Shown piece by piece: positions 55,632-64,000 of a stretch of DNA of 64,000 bases. The notes beneath the pieces were generated by a model, which was not told where the DNA came from, ran no database searches, and saw only the letters and a list, made by a program, of their open reading frames with translations. The stretch comes from Verrucomicrobiia bacterium (lineage in GTDB: Bacteria; Verrucomicrobiota; Verrucomicrobiia; JADLBR01): assembly GCA_026646655.1 (NCBI GenBank), contig JAPKHT010000005.1:23956-87955 (forward strand), in the 5' to 3' direction. A program made the translations under genes and the position numbers. How positions within the stretch are numbered: position 1 is the first letter of the stretch; every line of letters begins with the position of its first letter.

Positions 55632-56513
55632 TCAGGCCAGCGACGCCGCGGTCTTCTCCACGAAATCGATGCAGGCCTTGAGGTCGTCCAGAAGTTGGGG
55701 GGATTGATGCTCGTATTCGAGCGTCATGGTCCCCTGAAACTTCTGGCGGTGCAATTCGCGCAGGACGGCGTCGTAGCGGGCCTTGCCGGTGCCGAGGGGC
55801 ACGTCGCGGCATTTCGGGTTGCCGACCTCGGGGACATCCTTGGCGTGGACGTTGATGATGCGTCCCTCGAGTTTCTTGAGGCACTCGACGGGATCGAGGC
55901 CCGAGCGCACCCAGTGGCCGGTGTCGGGGCAGGCGCCGATCCGGGGACCGCGGTCCTTGACGGCGGCGAGCACGCTTTCGGGATTCCAGTATTTCGATGT
56001 GGGCCTGTCGTTGGGGTGGTTGTGGATGGCGAGGTTGATGGCGTAACTCTCGCAGAGTTCCTCGATGCCATCGAGCGCCTCGGTCGGGGGTTCGGCGACG
56101 AGGGTCTCGACGCCCATCTCCTTGGCGTACTCGAAGATGGCGCGGTTGGCGTCGGGGTCCGCCTCGACCTTGGCGTAGAAGTTGGTCATCGCGACGCCCG
56201 CCTTGGCCAGGCGACCCTTGAGTTCCTCGCGGAGTTCCGGGGCGAGGGACTCGGATGTGGTGAGCTTGGGCCTGGAGGCGTCGAGTTTCAGGAAGAAGGC
56301 GGGCTCGATATGGCGGATGCCGAGGCCGGCGATCTGGTCCAGCGCCTCGTAGAGGCTGATGGCGCGGAAGGTGTAGGTTGCGACGCAGAATTGCCAGCCG
56401 AGTCTTGCGGCGGCGGACGAGTCGGCCGGGGCGGAGCGGGCGCGGCGCGGGAGCGCGGCCGCGAGGCCCGAGGAGGCGAGGAATCCGCGGCGGGTGATGA
56501 CGGGTGCGACCAT
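55632..56513 (-). CDS. Sugar phosphate isomerase/epimerase (TIM barrel), Tat-exported
   Basis: Tat motif TRRGFLASSGLAAAL. Motifs GIRHIEP, LAIHNH, GHW and HAKD. Confidence 0.8.
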   Translation of the reverse strand: MVAPVITRRGFLASSGLAAALPRRARSAPADSSAAARLGWQFCVATYTFRAISLYEALDQIAGLGIRHIEPAFFLKLDASRPKLTTSESLAPELREELKGRLAKAGVAMTNFYAKVEADPDANRAIFEYAKEMGVETLVAEPPTEALDGIEELCESYAINLAIHNHPNDRPTSKYWNPESVLAAVKDRGPRIGACPDTGHWVRSGLDPVECLKKLEGRIINVHAKDVPEVGNPKCRDVPLGTGKARYDAVLRELHRQKFQGTMTLEYEHQSPQLLDDLKACIDFVEKTAASLA

Positions 56514-56709
56514 GAGGACATGTTGCTGCGGGGAGGGGCCCGCGGCAACATCATTTCAGGTCACATGATCCGACAACGAAGGCAATGCGTATTGAGGGCG
56601 ATCCGGCGCCTGGATCGCTTGGACGACTTAATCCGGCTGGCGCGCGCCCATGAGAATCATAGGCGCGCGCGGGTGCCGGACCACGGCGTGAGATAGACGG
56701 TCCTACTTG

Positions 56710-57969
56710 TCACTCGACGGTGGGTTTCACACCGGTGCGGAAGGCGACGTTGCGGGCCTTGAACTCCTGCTGGAGGCGCGGGGAGAACTCACCGGTCGTC
56801 CAGATGACGAGTTGTTTGCCGGGCAACTGGGTCGCGATCTCATCGGCGCGTTGCGCGATGCGAGGGAACCAGATGGCATAGTCCAGGTGGACGGGGATGA
56901 AGACGCGGCCCTGGGCGTCCTCGCAGAGCATCACGAGCTTGCTGGGGAGGATGCGGACGATCGGCGCCTCGGTCTTGTGGTACATGGCCATGAGCTGCGC
57001 GCAGCGCTGGAAGAAGTGGGCGTCCTCCTCGGCCTGCGAGAGCACGGCGGTCTGGAGGAAGGCGCCTGCGTCGACGCTGCGCCCGAGCGTGGCGAGGGCA
57101 TCGCAGATCACCGCCTCGTGCATCGGGGAGAACGCGTGGTGCTGGAGGAATGGCTCGGTCTGCTCGCGGCTGAGGCCCAGTTCGAGGAGCTTCTTCCGGT
57201 CCTCGATGCGGAGGTTTGCGGGGTCGGTATCGCGGACGCGCTGGTAGAGGCGGGTGTTGGCATTGACCGCGGTGACGGCGAGTCCGGCCGCGCCGCCGGT
57301 CGCGGCGCTCAGGCCGAGGTTGATCGCGCCGCCGACGCCGGCCTGGACCCAGGCGATCTTGTTCAGCTCGTCCTGGAGTTCCGGGTTGGTGGAATAGGGG
57401 TCGACGTTGTACTTCGCGGCAAGCTGGCGCTTGGCCTGCGAGGCGCCGGCGAGGTCGGTATATGCCTTGTCCTCGTAGTCGCTGGCGCCGCCCTTGAGGT
57501 TCTCGCCGATCTTGCCGAAGAAGCGGCTGGCGCCCTTGGGGACGGAGCCGATGGTCTTTAGGGGATTCATGATGGCGCTGCCCGCGGCCTTGAGCTTGTC
57601 GCCGCCGGCCTTGCCGAGGGCCTGGCCAAAGCTCTCGCTGGAGGAGACGCGGCGCATGTCCTCGATCGCGGCGGCCTCGGCGATGCGCTGGAGGAGCAAC
57701 TCGGTGCCGAGCACCTCGTAGCTCTTGCCGGACGAGAGGGTGATCTGATAGCGATTCATCAGCCCGTCGTTGTACGCCTGCGGGTACACGCTGTAGCCGG
57801 CCCCTTGCAGCGGGGCGGGCGCGGTGAAGTGCGCCGCATTTACCGGCCCTGGGTTCTCGAAGGCCCCGGTTTCCGGGGCGTCCGCCCAGGCGCCGCACGC
57901 CGCAACCCAAGCTGCCGCCATAGCCGAGAACACCCGTCCCGGCACCCTGTTGTCGCACTTGTATCTCAT
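56710..57969 (-). CDS. Hypothetical secreted protein, 26 nt downstream of the pentameric channel gene
   Basis: 419 aa with a strong AAGGAG SD, signal peptide VFSAMAAAWVAACGAWA, and no recognisable domain. Confidence 0.6.
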   Translation of the reverse strand: MRYKCDNRVPGRVFSAMAAAWVAACGAWADAPETGAFENPGPVNAAHFTAPAPLQGAGYSVYPQAYNDGLMNRYQITLSSGKSYEVLGTELLLQRIAEAAAIEDMRRVSSSESFGQALGKAGGDKLKAAGSAIMNPLKTIGSVPKGASRFFGKIGENLKGGASDYEDKAYTDLAGASQAKRQLAAKYNVDPYSTNPELQDELNKIAWVQAGVGGAINLGLSAATGGAAGLAVTAVNANTRLYQRVRDTDPANLRIEDRKKLLELGLSREQTEPFLQHHAFSPMHEAVICDALATLGRSVDAGAFLQTAVLSQAEEDAHFFQRCAQLMAMYHKTEAPIVRILPSKLVMLCEDAQGRVFIPVHLDYAIWFPRIAQRADEIATQLPGKQLVIWTTGEFSPRLQQEFKARNVAFRTGVKPTVE

Positions 57970-57995
57970 GGTTCTCCTTCTCCGTTTCAGTTGTT

Positions 57996-59195
57996 TCAAA
58001 AGCAAAAAGTCGAGATCCCCGCCACCGCGGCGATCAGCAGCGCATAGGTGATCGGAAACGCCCACCGGCAGCGGTGATCGATGCGGTGGCCGCGCGCCGA
58101 CTCGCCACGCTTTTCGCAGGCGCCGACCCAGAGGTTGACCGCGACGGTGGCGCACATCAACAGGAAACTGACGTTGAGGAAGCCGTGGATGAATGTCACG
58201 TACGCGATATCCGGGAGGATGCCGCCGATGACCATCTGGTAGGCGACGACCGTCAGGATGCCGACGAAGGACACGCTGACGCGGTCTCCGGCGGCGGACC
58301 GGTCCATCCAGAAGACCGACCAGGAGAGCATGACGATCACCACCAGCGGCAGCATGATCAGTCGCACCACGAAGAACGACTGCCTGCGCACATCGATCGC
58401 GAGGACGAATGCGGAGGACGCGCCCTCGGTGCCGGCGTAGGGGGCCTCGAGTTTTCGTGTCGACGAGGTAACGTCGCGGAGATCCCACTGGGGAACGCGG
58501 AGTTGCGGCGGGGGCTGCTCCCGGTCATCCTTTGCCACCTCGAGCGCCACGTCGCCCGACCCGAAACCGAGGACCTCGAAGACCGCCTCGAGCCGCTGGC
58601 GATCGAACGGATAGCGGCGCAGGTTGAGGTCCGACTTGGCGACGGCGTTAAATGTCTCTATCTGGGTGCACGTCCCATCCGGGCGGACGCGCAGCAGGAT
58701 CGCGTCCCGGTCGCACGTGCCGGAAACATTGGCGAGCACCACCTGGGGATACCAGGAGGGTGAGATCTCATCGCACTGATACGAGCCCTGATAGATTTTT
58801 TCGGCGACGCCCTCTTTGGCGGGGTCGAAGGCCTGCCGCGGGTCCTTCCAGACAAGTGTCAGGACGCCGGTGAACTCGAAGGTCTCCGCCTCGTCGTCGA
58901 TCCCGTTGATTTCCCAAAGGTGGAACGAGGCGCGGACGACCACAGGACGGTCGCCAGGAGGCGGCGTCAGCGCGCCGGGTGGGACGGATTGTGCCGGCGC
59001 GGCGCAGGGCGCCGCGATCACCGATGCCGCGACGAGCGACAGGGTCGGCTTGAAAAATTCCGTGGCCGAACGCGCCAGGCGTTTGGCGCGAGTCACCAGC
59101 GCCGTCGGCCAAACGCTTGCGCGTTCGGCTACATTTTCCCGGCGCGCCGCGTCCGGCGCGAGGCCCGGCCCACGCTGTTCAGACACCCGGGCCAT
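57996..59195 (-). CDS. Pentameric ligand-gated ion channel (Cys-loop receptor family, prokaryotic pLGIC); start uncertain (ATG 59195 or GTG 59096)
   Basis: Extracellular ligand-binding-domain motifs (PVVVRASFHLWEINGIDDEAETFEFTGVLTLVWKDPR) followed by four TM helices (M1: FFVVRLIMLPLVVIVMLSWSVFWM). The N-terminal about 45 codons are encoded by repeat-A copy 8. Confidence 0.75.
   Translation of the reverse strand: MARVSEQRGPGLAPDAARRENVAERASVWPTALVTRAKRLARSATEFFKPTLSLVAASVIAAPCAAPAQSVPPGALTPPPGDRPVVVRASFHLWEINGIDDEAETFEFTGVLTLVWKDPRQAFDPAKEGVAEKIYQGSYQCDEISPSWYPQVVLANVSGTCDRDAILLRVRPDGTCTQIETFNAVAKSDLNLRRYPFDRQRLEAVFEVLGFGSGDVALEVAKDDREQPPPQLRVPQWDLRDVTSSTRKLEAPYAGTEGASSAFVLAIDVRRQSFFVVRLIMLPLVVIVMLSWSVFWMDRSAAGDRVSVSFVGILTVVAYQMVIGGILPDIAYVTFIHGFLNVSFLLMCATVAVNLWVGACEKRGESARGHRIDHRCRWAFPITYALLIAAVAGISTFCF
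59052..59140 (+). repeat. Dispersed repeat family A, copy 8 (forward, two palindrome cores)
   Basis: gaaaaattccgtggccgaacgcgccaggcgtttggcgcgagtcaccagcgccgtcggccaaacgcttgcgcgttcggctacattttccc. Lies inside the 5' end of the pLGIC ORF. Confidence 0.8.
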
Positions 59196-59199
59196 CAGT

Positions 59200-61668
59200 T
59201 CACTGTCGGCCCATCGCGGCATTGATGGCGTCCTCCGGATTGACGAGATGGTCCGCGTTGTTCGGGTCATCGGCGATGGAGAGCTGGACGCCGCTGACGT
59301 CGCCGTTGAAACCATTGCCGACGGGGCCGTAATCGGGGGAGACGGGGGCGCCGGTATCCTCACCGACGTCGCAGCCGTCATCGGCGGAGAAGACGATGGC
59401 CTGTGTCATCGGGATCTCGCCCTGACCGACTGGCTTGCCATCGACGAACAGGGTGGCCTTGCCGCCCTTGCCGAGGCCGCCGCCGGCGTAGGCGAACTCC
59501 ATGCGCACCTGGCGCCGGCCCGGCGGCAGGGCATCCTTCGACTCGACGAAGAAATGCTTCACGCCGGCCAGGTTGTAGCAGTACTTCAATTTTCCGCCCT
59601 TGGCGTAGAGGCTCCAGCCGCCGATGTTCGCGCCCTGGGCGATGATCACCCCTTCGGCGCCAGATGGGGGCACATCGATCTCCGCGGTGATCGAGTGGGA
59701 TTTGTTCTTGATGCTGAGCACGCAATTCTCGGAGAGGCGGCCCATGCCGCCGAAGAGGAGCTGGGTCTTGCCCCTGACGAGGATCGGGCGTCCGGCGGTA
59801 TCCGGATCCATCTTCTCGGTGGTCCTGTCGTCGATGGGCAGCACCTTGTGGCGGGTCGCCTCGATCAGCCAGAGCCGCTGCAGGTCGCGGAGTTTCTCGG
59901 GCATCTGTTTCGACAGGTCATTCGCCTGGCTCCAGTCCTTATCCGAGTAGAGTTCCCAGACGTCGTCGTCGAGTGGGACGGTCTTCTGTCCCATGATAAT
60001 CCACGGTGTGCGGTGCTTCGTGACGGCGGTCCATCCCTTGTGGTAGATGCCGCGGTTGCCGAACATCTCGAAGTACTGGGTCTCGTGGCGCTCGGGGGCA
60101 TCTGCGCCGTTGAATGAGTACAGCATGCTGACGCCTTCGATGGGATCCTGCTGGATGCCGTTCACGAACTCGGGCTGCGGGAGTCCCGCCGCCTCGAGGA
60201 TGGTGGGCGCGACATCGATGACGTGGGCGAACTGCGATCGGATTTCGCCCCGGGCCTTGATTCCCTTGGGCCAGTGGATGACGGTGCCATTGCGGGTGCC
60301 GCCCCAGTGGGAGGCGACCTGCTTGGTCCACTGGTAGGGGGTGTTGAGCGCGTGCGCCCAGCCGACGGCATAGTGGTTGTAGGATTCCGGCCCGCCGAGC
60401 TTGTCGATGCGGGCCATGAGGAACTCGGGGGTCTCGAGGGCCGCCAGGCCATTGAAGTTGGCCATCTCGTTATACGCGCCGTTCAAGGTGCCCTCGGCCG
60501 AGGCGCCGTTGTCCCCGACGATGTAATACACGAGGGTGTCGTCGAGGATGCCGAGTTTCTCGAGGGAATCGATGATGCGGCCGACGTGGTGATCGACGTA
60601 TTCCATGTACCCCGCGTAGACTTCCATCTGGCGGCGCAGCACGGGTTTGAGGGCCTCGGGCATCTCGTCCCAGGATGGGATTTCCTTGTGGCGGGCGGTG
60701 AGCTGGCAATCGGCGGGAATGACGCCCAGCTTCTTCTGTCGGGCGAAGATCTCCTCGCGGAGCTTGTCATAGCCCTGGTCGAACTTGCCCTTGTACTTGT
60801 CAGCCCACTCCTTCGGCACATGGTGCGGCGCGTGGGTGGCGCCGGGGGCGAAATAGATGAAGAAGGGCTTGTCGGGCGTGAGGGCCTTCTGCTGGCCGAT
60901 CCATTTGAGGGCCTTGTCCGTCATGTCGGCCACGAGATGATAGCCCTGTTCGGGCGTTTTCTTGAGTTCGACGGGGGTGGTGCCCTCGTAGAGCGTGGGG
61001 TACCACTGGTTGGCCTCGCCGCCGATGAACCCGTAGAAGTACTCGAAGCCGCCGCCGCCGGTGGGCCAGGCATCGAACGGCCCGGCCGGGCTCGTCTGCC
61101 AGACCGGGACCTCGTGGCATTTGCCAAACTGCGCGGTCGCATAGCCGTTGAGCGTGAGCGTGCGCGCGAGCGGGGACATGGTGTTGGGCAGGACCGAGCA
61201 GTAGCCCGGCGCGCCGGTGGCGACCTCCGTGATGCCACCCATGCCCGCCGAGTGATGATTGCGGCCGGTGAGCAGCGCCTGGCGCGTGGGCGAGCAGAGG
61301 GCCGTGGTGTGGAACCGATTGTACTTGAGACCGCCCGCGGCGAGTCTCTCGACGGTGGGAGTCTGGCAGGGGCCGCCGAAGGCGCTGGAGGAACCGAAGC
61401 CGGCGTCATCGATGAGGATGACCAGGACGTTCGGGGCGCCCTTTGGCGGGCGGAGTTGTTGGATAGGGGGGAACTTGCTGTCCGGGTCCCTGGCATCGTA
61501 GGTGATCAGGGCGGGCCGGGTCGTATTCGGCATGGGCAGGTGGGAGCGGTGCTTGATTTCAAGCCCGGCGGTGGAGGCGGCCTTTTCCTGTGCCATGGCA
61601 GGGAAGGCGAGGGTTGCGATCGCGGCGACGAAAATTGCGGCGATTGAGGTCCGGAGGGTGTTTTTCAT
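59200..61668 (-). CDS. Arylsulfatase (formylglycine-dependent, Cys-type) with about 300-aa C-terminal extension
   Basis: Signal peptide MKNTLRTSIAAIFVAAIATLAFPAMAQE. Sulfatase signature CSPTRQALLTGR plus GKCHE. 822 aa. The stop is 4 nt upstream of the pLGIC ATG. Confidence 0.9.
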   Translation of the reverse strand: MKNTLRTSIAAIFVAAIATLAFPAMAQEKAASTAGLEIKHRSHLPMPNTTRPALITYDARDPDSKFPPIQQLRPPKGAPNVLVILIDDAGFGSSSAFGGPCQTPTVERLAAGGLKYNRFHTTALCSPTRQALLTGRNHHSAGMGGITEVATGAPGYCSVLPNTMSPLARTLTLNGYATAQFGKCHEVPVWQTSPAGPFDAWPTGGGGFEYFYGFIGGEANQWYPTLYEGTTPVELKKTPEQGYHLVADMTDKALKWIGQQKALTPDKPFFIYFAPGATHAPHHVPKEWADKYKGKFDQGYDKLREEIFARQKKLGVIPADCQLTARHKEIPSWDEMPEALKPVLRRQMEVYAGYMEYVDHHVGRIIDSLEKLGILDDTLVYYIVGDNGASAEGTLNGAYNEMANFNGLAALETPEFLMARIDKLGGPESYNHYAVGWAHALNTPYQWTKQVASHWGGTRNGTVIHWPKGIKARGEIRSQFAHVIDVAPTILEAAGLPQPEFVNGIQQDPIEGVSMLYSFNGADAPERHETQYFEMFGNRGIYHKGWTAVTKHRTPWIIMGQKTVPLDDDVWELYSDKDWSQANDLSKQMPEKLRDLQRLWLIEATRHKVLPIDDRTTEKMDPDTAGRPILVRGKTQLLFGGMGRLSENCVLSIKNKSHSITAEIDVPPSGAEGVIIAQGANIGGWSLYAKGGKLKYCYNLAGVKHFFVESKDALPPGRRQVRMEFAYAGGGLGKGGKATLFVDGKPVGQGEIPMTQAIVFSADDGCDVGEDTGAPVSPDYGPVGNGFNGDVSGVQLSIADDPNNADHLVNPEDAINAAMGRQ

Positions 61669-61734
61669 GTGTGGCTTCCGTTCGGGGGTTGCGTTGGTAG
61701 GTTCAGGAATTTGTTGTTGTGTGAGGGGCAGCCA

Positions 61735-61825
61735 CAAGCGGGAAAGAGTCTAGCCGATCGCCCCAGGCGATGGGCCGATGGTCTTGGTGGCGCGGGCCAA
61801 ACGCTGGCGCGTTCGGCTACAAATG
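61735..61825 (-). repeat. Dispersed repeat family A, copy 9 (reverse, 3' arm diverged)
   Basis: gagtctagccgatcgccccaggcgatgggccgatggtcttggtggcgcgggccaaacgctggcgcgttcggctacaaatgctcgc. Confidence 0.75.
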
Positions 61826-61874
61826 CTCGCGTCCGCTCCCATGATGCTGGCGAACCTTTCGGGCGGCCCGGGGA

Positions 61875-62768
61875 TCATTCTTCGACTTTCGACCATCCAT
61901 CGCCGGGGTTGTATTCCGTCATCGCGGACGCGGTCGTGGCCGTGTCTGGGCCAAGGTCCTTCTCGTAGACGACGCCGTAGTGATTAACGAGGAAGGTCAT
62001 CACGCCGGTCTCCCGGTATCCGGCGGGCCAGGCGACCATGGCGAAGCCGCCGATGAAGTGGTCGTTGATGATGTAGCTATACTTGCCTGCGGGCGCCTTG
62101 TCTCCCTGTGCGGTGAGGATCTTGAAGTGATAGCCCCAGTGGGGGGTATCCGGGTCTTTGATCGCGGGTCCGGCCGGGCTGGGCTCCTCGCCCTTCTTGG
62201 GATCAGAAGGCCAATAGAGGCCGTCCTTCTTGCCTGGCGAGCTCTGGATCTTGCGCGCGAATTGGCGGACCGCGGTGCCGTCGCGCGGGACGGCGGCGTA
62301 TTGCCGTTGCGCATCGACGTAGGCGCGCAGGGCGGTGATCGCCGCCAGCTCATTCTCGCCGACGCGGCGTTTCACGACCTCGTCGATGCCGGCATCGGTG
62401 TCGAACCGCCAGCCGGCGTCGGTCTTGACCAGGGGGATCGGGAAGGGCCACGCCTCGAAGCCGACGACGAGGCTGACTGAGCCATCGTCGTTGCCGCGGA
62501 GGCGCTTGCGCTCCCCGGCCATCTTGGCGAATTTGGCGCGCAACTCGCGGTCGCGCGTGGGATCGGCGGTGCCGATCTGGTCCTTGTGCTTGTCGCCAAA
62601 AATTTCCAGCAGGGGTGCCGTCTCGCCGGTTTTTGCGGCGGCGATCAGGGCCTCGCCGGCATCGTAGGGCGTGGGGAAGACGCGCTGGGCCGGGGCCTTT
62701 TCCTCCGCACCGGTGGCGTGGTTCAGGAAAGCCGCTGTCAGGATCAAGAGGATGATGCGTGTTTTCAT
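61875..62768 (-). CDS. DUF2950-family secreted protein
   Basis: Signal peptide MKTRIILLILTAAFLNHATGA, about 297 aa. Adjacent to a DUF3300-like gene (a gene pair conserved in proteobacteria). Family assignment is from memory and of moderate confidence. Confidence 0.55.
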   Translation of the reverse strand: MKTRIILLILTAAFLNHATGAEEKAPAQRVFPTPYDAGEALIAAAKTGETAPLLEIFGDKHKDQIGTADPTRDRELRAKFAKMAGERKRLRGNDDGSVSLVVGFEAWPFPIPLVKTDAGWRFDTDAGIDEVVKRRVGENELAAITALRAYVDAQRQYAAVPRDGTAVRQFARKIQSSPGKKDGLYWPSDPKKGEEPSPAGPAIKDPDTPHWGYHFKILTAQGDKAPAGKYSYIINDHFIGGFAMVAWPAGYRETGVMTFLVNHYGVVYEKDLGPDTATTASAMTEYNPGDGWSKVEE

Positions 62769-62795
62769 GTTCGGATCTCTGGTTGGGTTGTGATG

Positions 62796-64000
62796 TTACC
62801 GCCGCCCGCCCCGCGAGCGACCGCCTCCGCCACCTCCGCCGAAGCTGTGGGAGCCTCGCTCGCTGACGCCGCGGGATTGAAATCCCGAAGACGCCCCGCC
62901 GAAGGCGCCCCCGCCGGAGCGACCCTCGAAGCCTCCGCCCCCTCCCCCGAATCGATTTTCGAGCCCGCCGCCTCCACCTCCTCCAAAGCGATTCTCGACG
63001 CCGCCGGCCTGGCCCCCTCCAAGGCGGCTTTCGAGTCCTCCGGACGAGGCGCCACCGGAACGCTCACCGAATCCCGAACCGCCCCCGAAGCCGGACGAGG
63101 CGTATTGGCTGGCGCCCGCCCAGCCGCCCTGGCGGTTGGCGGCGGCGGCCTGCCAATTCTGCCCCCCAGCCGGCATGCTGGGCATCGTGCTGGGGCGCTG
63201 GGACTGGGCGCCCGAAACCGCGGTTTGGCGCTGGGCCTGCATGTCGGCCCTTTGGGTCTGGGCGCCGCTGAAGGCATCTTGCCGCTGGGATTGATTCGCG
63301 GAGGTGGTGTCGCGGAAAGCATCCTGCCGCTGGGTCTGATTGTTCTGGGCGGCCTGCTGGCGATCCTTCTGCCGATCCTCGCCGTAGTCCTGCCAATCTT
63401 CGCGCGCGTCCGTGCGGTAATCTTGCCAGTCCTCGCGGGCGTGGTTCGCGTAGTCCATCCGCTGGTCTTGGAGGTAGGCGGCCTGGGCACCGTAGGGGGC
63501 GTAATACACGGACCCGGCAGCCCAGTTCATGCTGTAGGCGGTCGCGAGCCCGGCGATGTACCCGACGGCGGCCGCCGCCCCAGGGGCGTAGTATGCAGGC
63601 GCGGGCGCCGAGTACGTGACCACGGGCGCCGCCTGTTGCACCACCACCGTAGTGGGCTGGTATTGGGGGACGTAGATCACATTCGGCTGGGCGGGCTGGA
63701 TCTGCACCACGTCCTGTTTGACGACGATGGTCTGCTTGTCGTTGGATTGGAGATTGCCGGCGCTCTGCGCCTTCCGGCGGAAGATCTGGATCGCGTCGAA
63801 CACGTCTTTCTGTTGATGCGTCACCGCATAGCCCAGCGCCTGGGTCCAATCGAGGTTATCGCCCATGAGATTCACCACTTCGGGATACGCCATGAGCCCG
63901 AGAATCGGCTGGGGAATCGAGGGGTCAGGCTTCAGGGTCTTGTCCTTGGCGTACTGCGCCAGAAAGCGCTGCGCCTTGACGATCTCCAGGGGCGTGGTGG
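62796..64000 (-). CDS. DUF3300-like protein with Gln/Arg-rich and Gly-rich low-complexity C-terminus; 5' end lies beyond the window
   Basis: The frame stays open upstream of 63893 to the window edge. The C-terminus carries degenerate QxQRQDAF and GGGGxxENRFGGGG repeats. Confidence 0.5.
   Translation of the reverse strand, partial: TTPLEIVKAQRFLAQYAKDKTLKPDPSIPQPILGLMAYPEVVNLMGDNLDWTQALGYAVTHQQKDVFDAIQIFRRKAQSAGNLQSNDKQTIVVKQDVVQIQPAQPNVIYVPQYQPTTVVVQQAAPVVTYSAPAPAYYAPGAAAAVGYIAGLATAYSMNWAAGSVYYAPYGAQAAYLQDQRMDYANHAREDWQDYRTDAREDWQDYGEDRQKDRQQAAQNNQTQRQDAFRDTTSANQSQRQDAFSGAQTQRADMQAQRQTAVSGAQSQRPSTMPSMPAGGQNWQAAAANRQGGWAGASQYASSGFGGGSGFGERSGGASSGGLESRLGGGQAGGVENRFGGGGGGGLENRFGGGGGGFEGRSGGGAFGGASSGFQSRGVSERGSHSFGGGGGGGRSRGGRR

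Noticed and set aside
1-64000. CRISPR arrays, tRNA or rRNA genes, transposase or integrase genes
   Set aside because: No regularly spaced direct repeats with unique spacers were found, no cloverleaf-like or rRNA-like segments were recognised in the intergenic regions, and no transposase-like ORFs were seen. The dispersed repeats are too short and irregular to be CRISPR.

Overview
This 64 kb window is high-GC (about 66-68%) chromosomal DNA with dense coding on both strands. It is probably from a Verrucomicrobiota-type diderm, an inference drawn from the PEP-CTERM sorting signal, the many Gfo/Idh/MocA and xylose-isomerase-like TIM-barrel genes with Tat signals, and the sulfatase.

In order along the window:
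- 100-9703: an AraC-regulated sugar-catabolic locus containing a 1222-aa multidomain ThuA/HEAT/discoidin/PmoA-like protein.
- 9812-12391: hemY and hemH.
- 13119-14878: a translationally coupled response regulator and Sel1-repeat protein.
- 15400-20523: a lower-GC island of four secreted or outer-membrane proteins, one with a PEP-CTERM signal.
- 22246-30871: a Vibrio TonB2/Ttp-like energy-transduction cluster, in the order TonB-dependent receptor, DUF3450, long ExbB, ExbB, ExbD, TonB, TPR protein.
- 31179-31756: an orphan tandem pair of feoA genes.
- 31906-45352: housekeeping blocks rplY-pth, rpsF-ssb-rplI, dnaB, bamA-skp-lpxD and gatCAB.
- 54661-64000: Tat-signal TIM-barrel enzymes, an arylsulfatase / pentameric ligand-gated ion channel / secreted-protein operon, and a DUF2950 plus DUF3300 pair.

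The most notable feature is a minus-strand operon at 46193-54515 that is apparently controlled by a cobalamin riboswitch with an SD-sequestering hairpin. It encodes a secreted beta-propeller-like protein, a membrane-anchored Ig-repeat protein, a DUF4430-like protein and a complete ECF transporter (EcfT, fused EcfAA', and an S component). This looks like an undescribed B12-capture system for a diderm.

The window also carries three families of small structured dispersed repeats:
- Family A is about 85 nt with a double palindrome core, GCCGAACGCGTAAGCGTTTGGC. It occurs at least 13 times, three of them inside the 5' ends of ORFs.
- Family B is about 110 nt with a double hairpin and occurs twice.
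- Family C is a GC-rich hairpin, GGCCCGCGAGGCCGCGGGCC, flanked by GGGAGGG, and occurs four times.

No CRISPR array, rRNA or tRNA was recognised. All calls rest on reading the sequence and on recalled family knowledge; no database search was possible.
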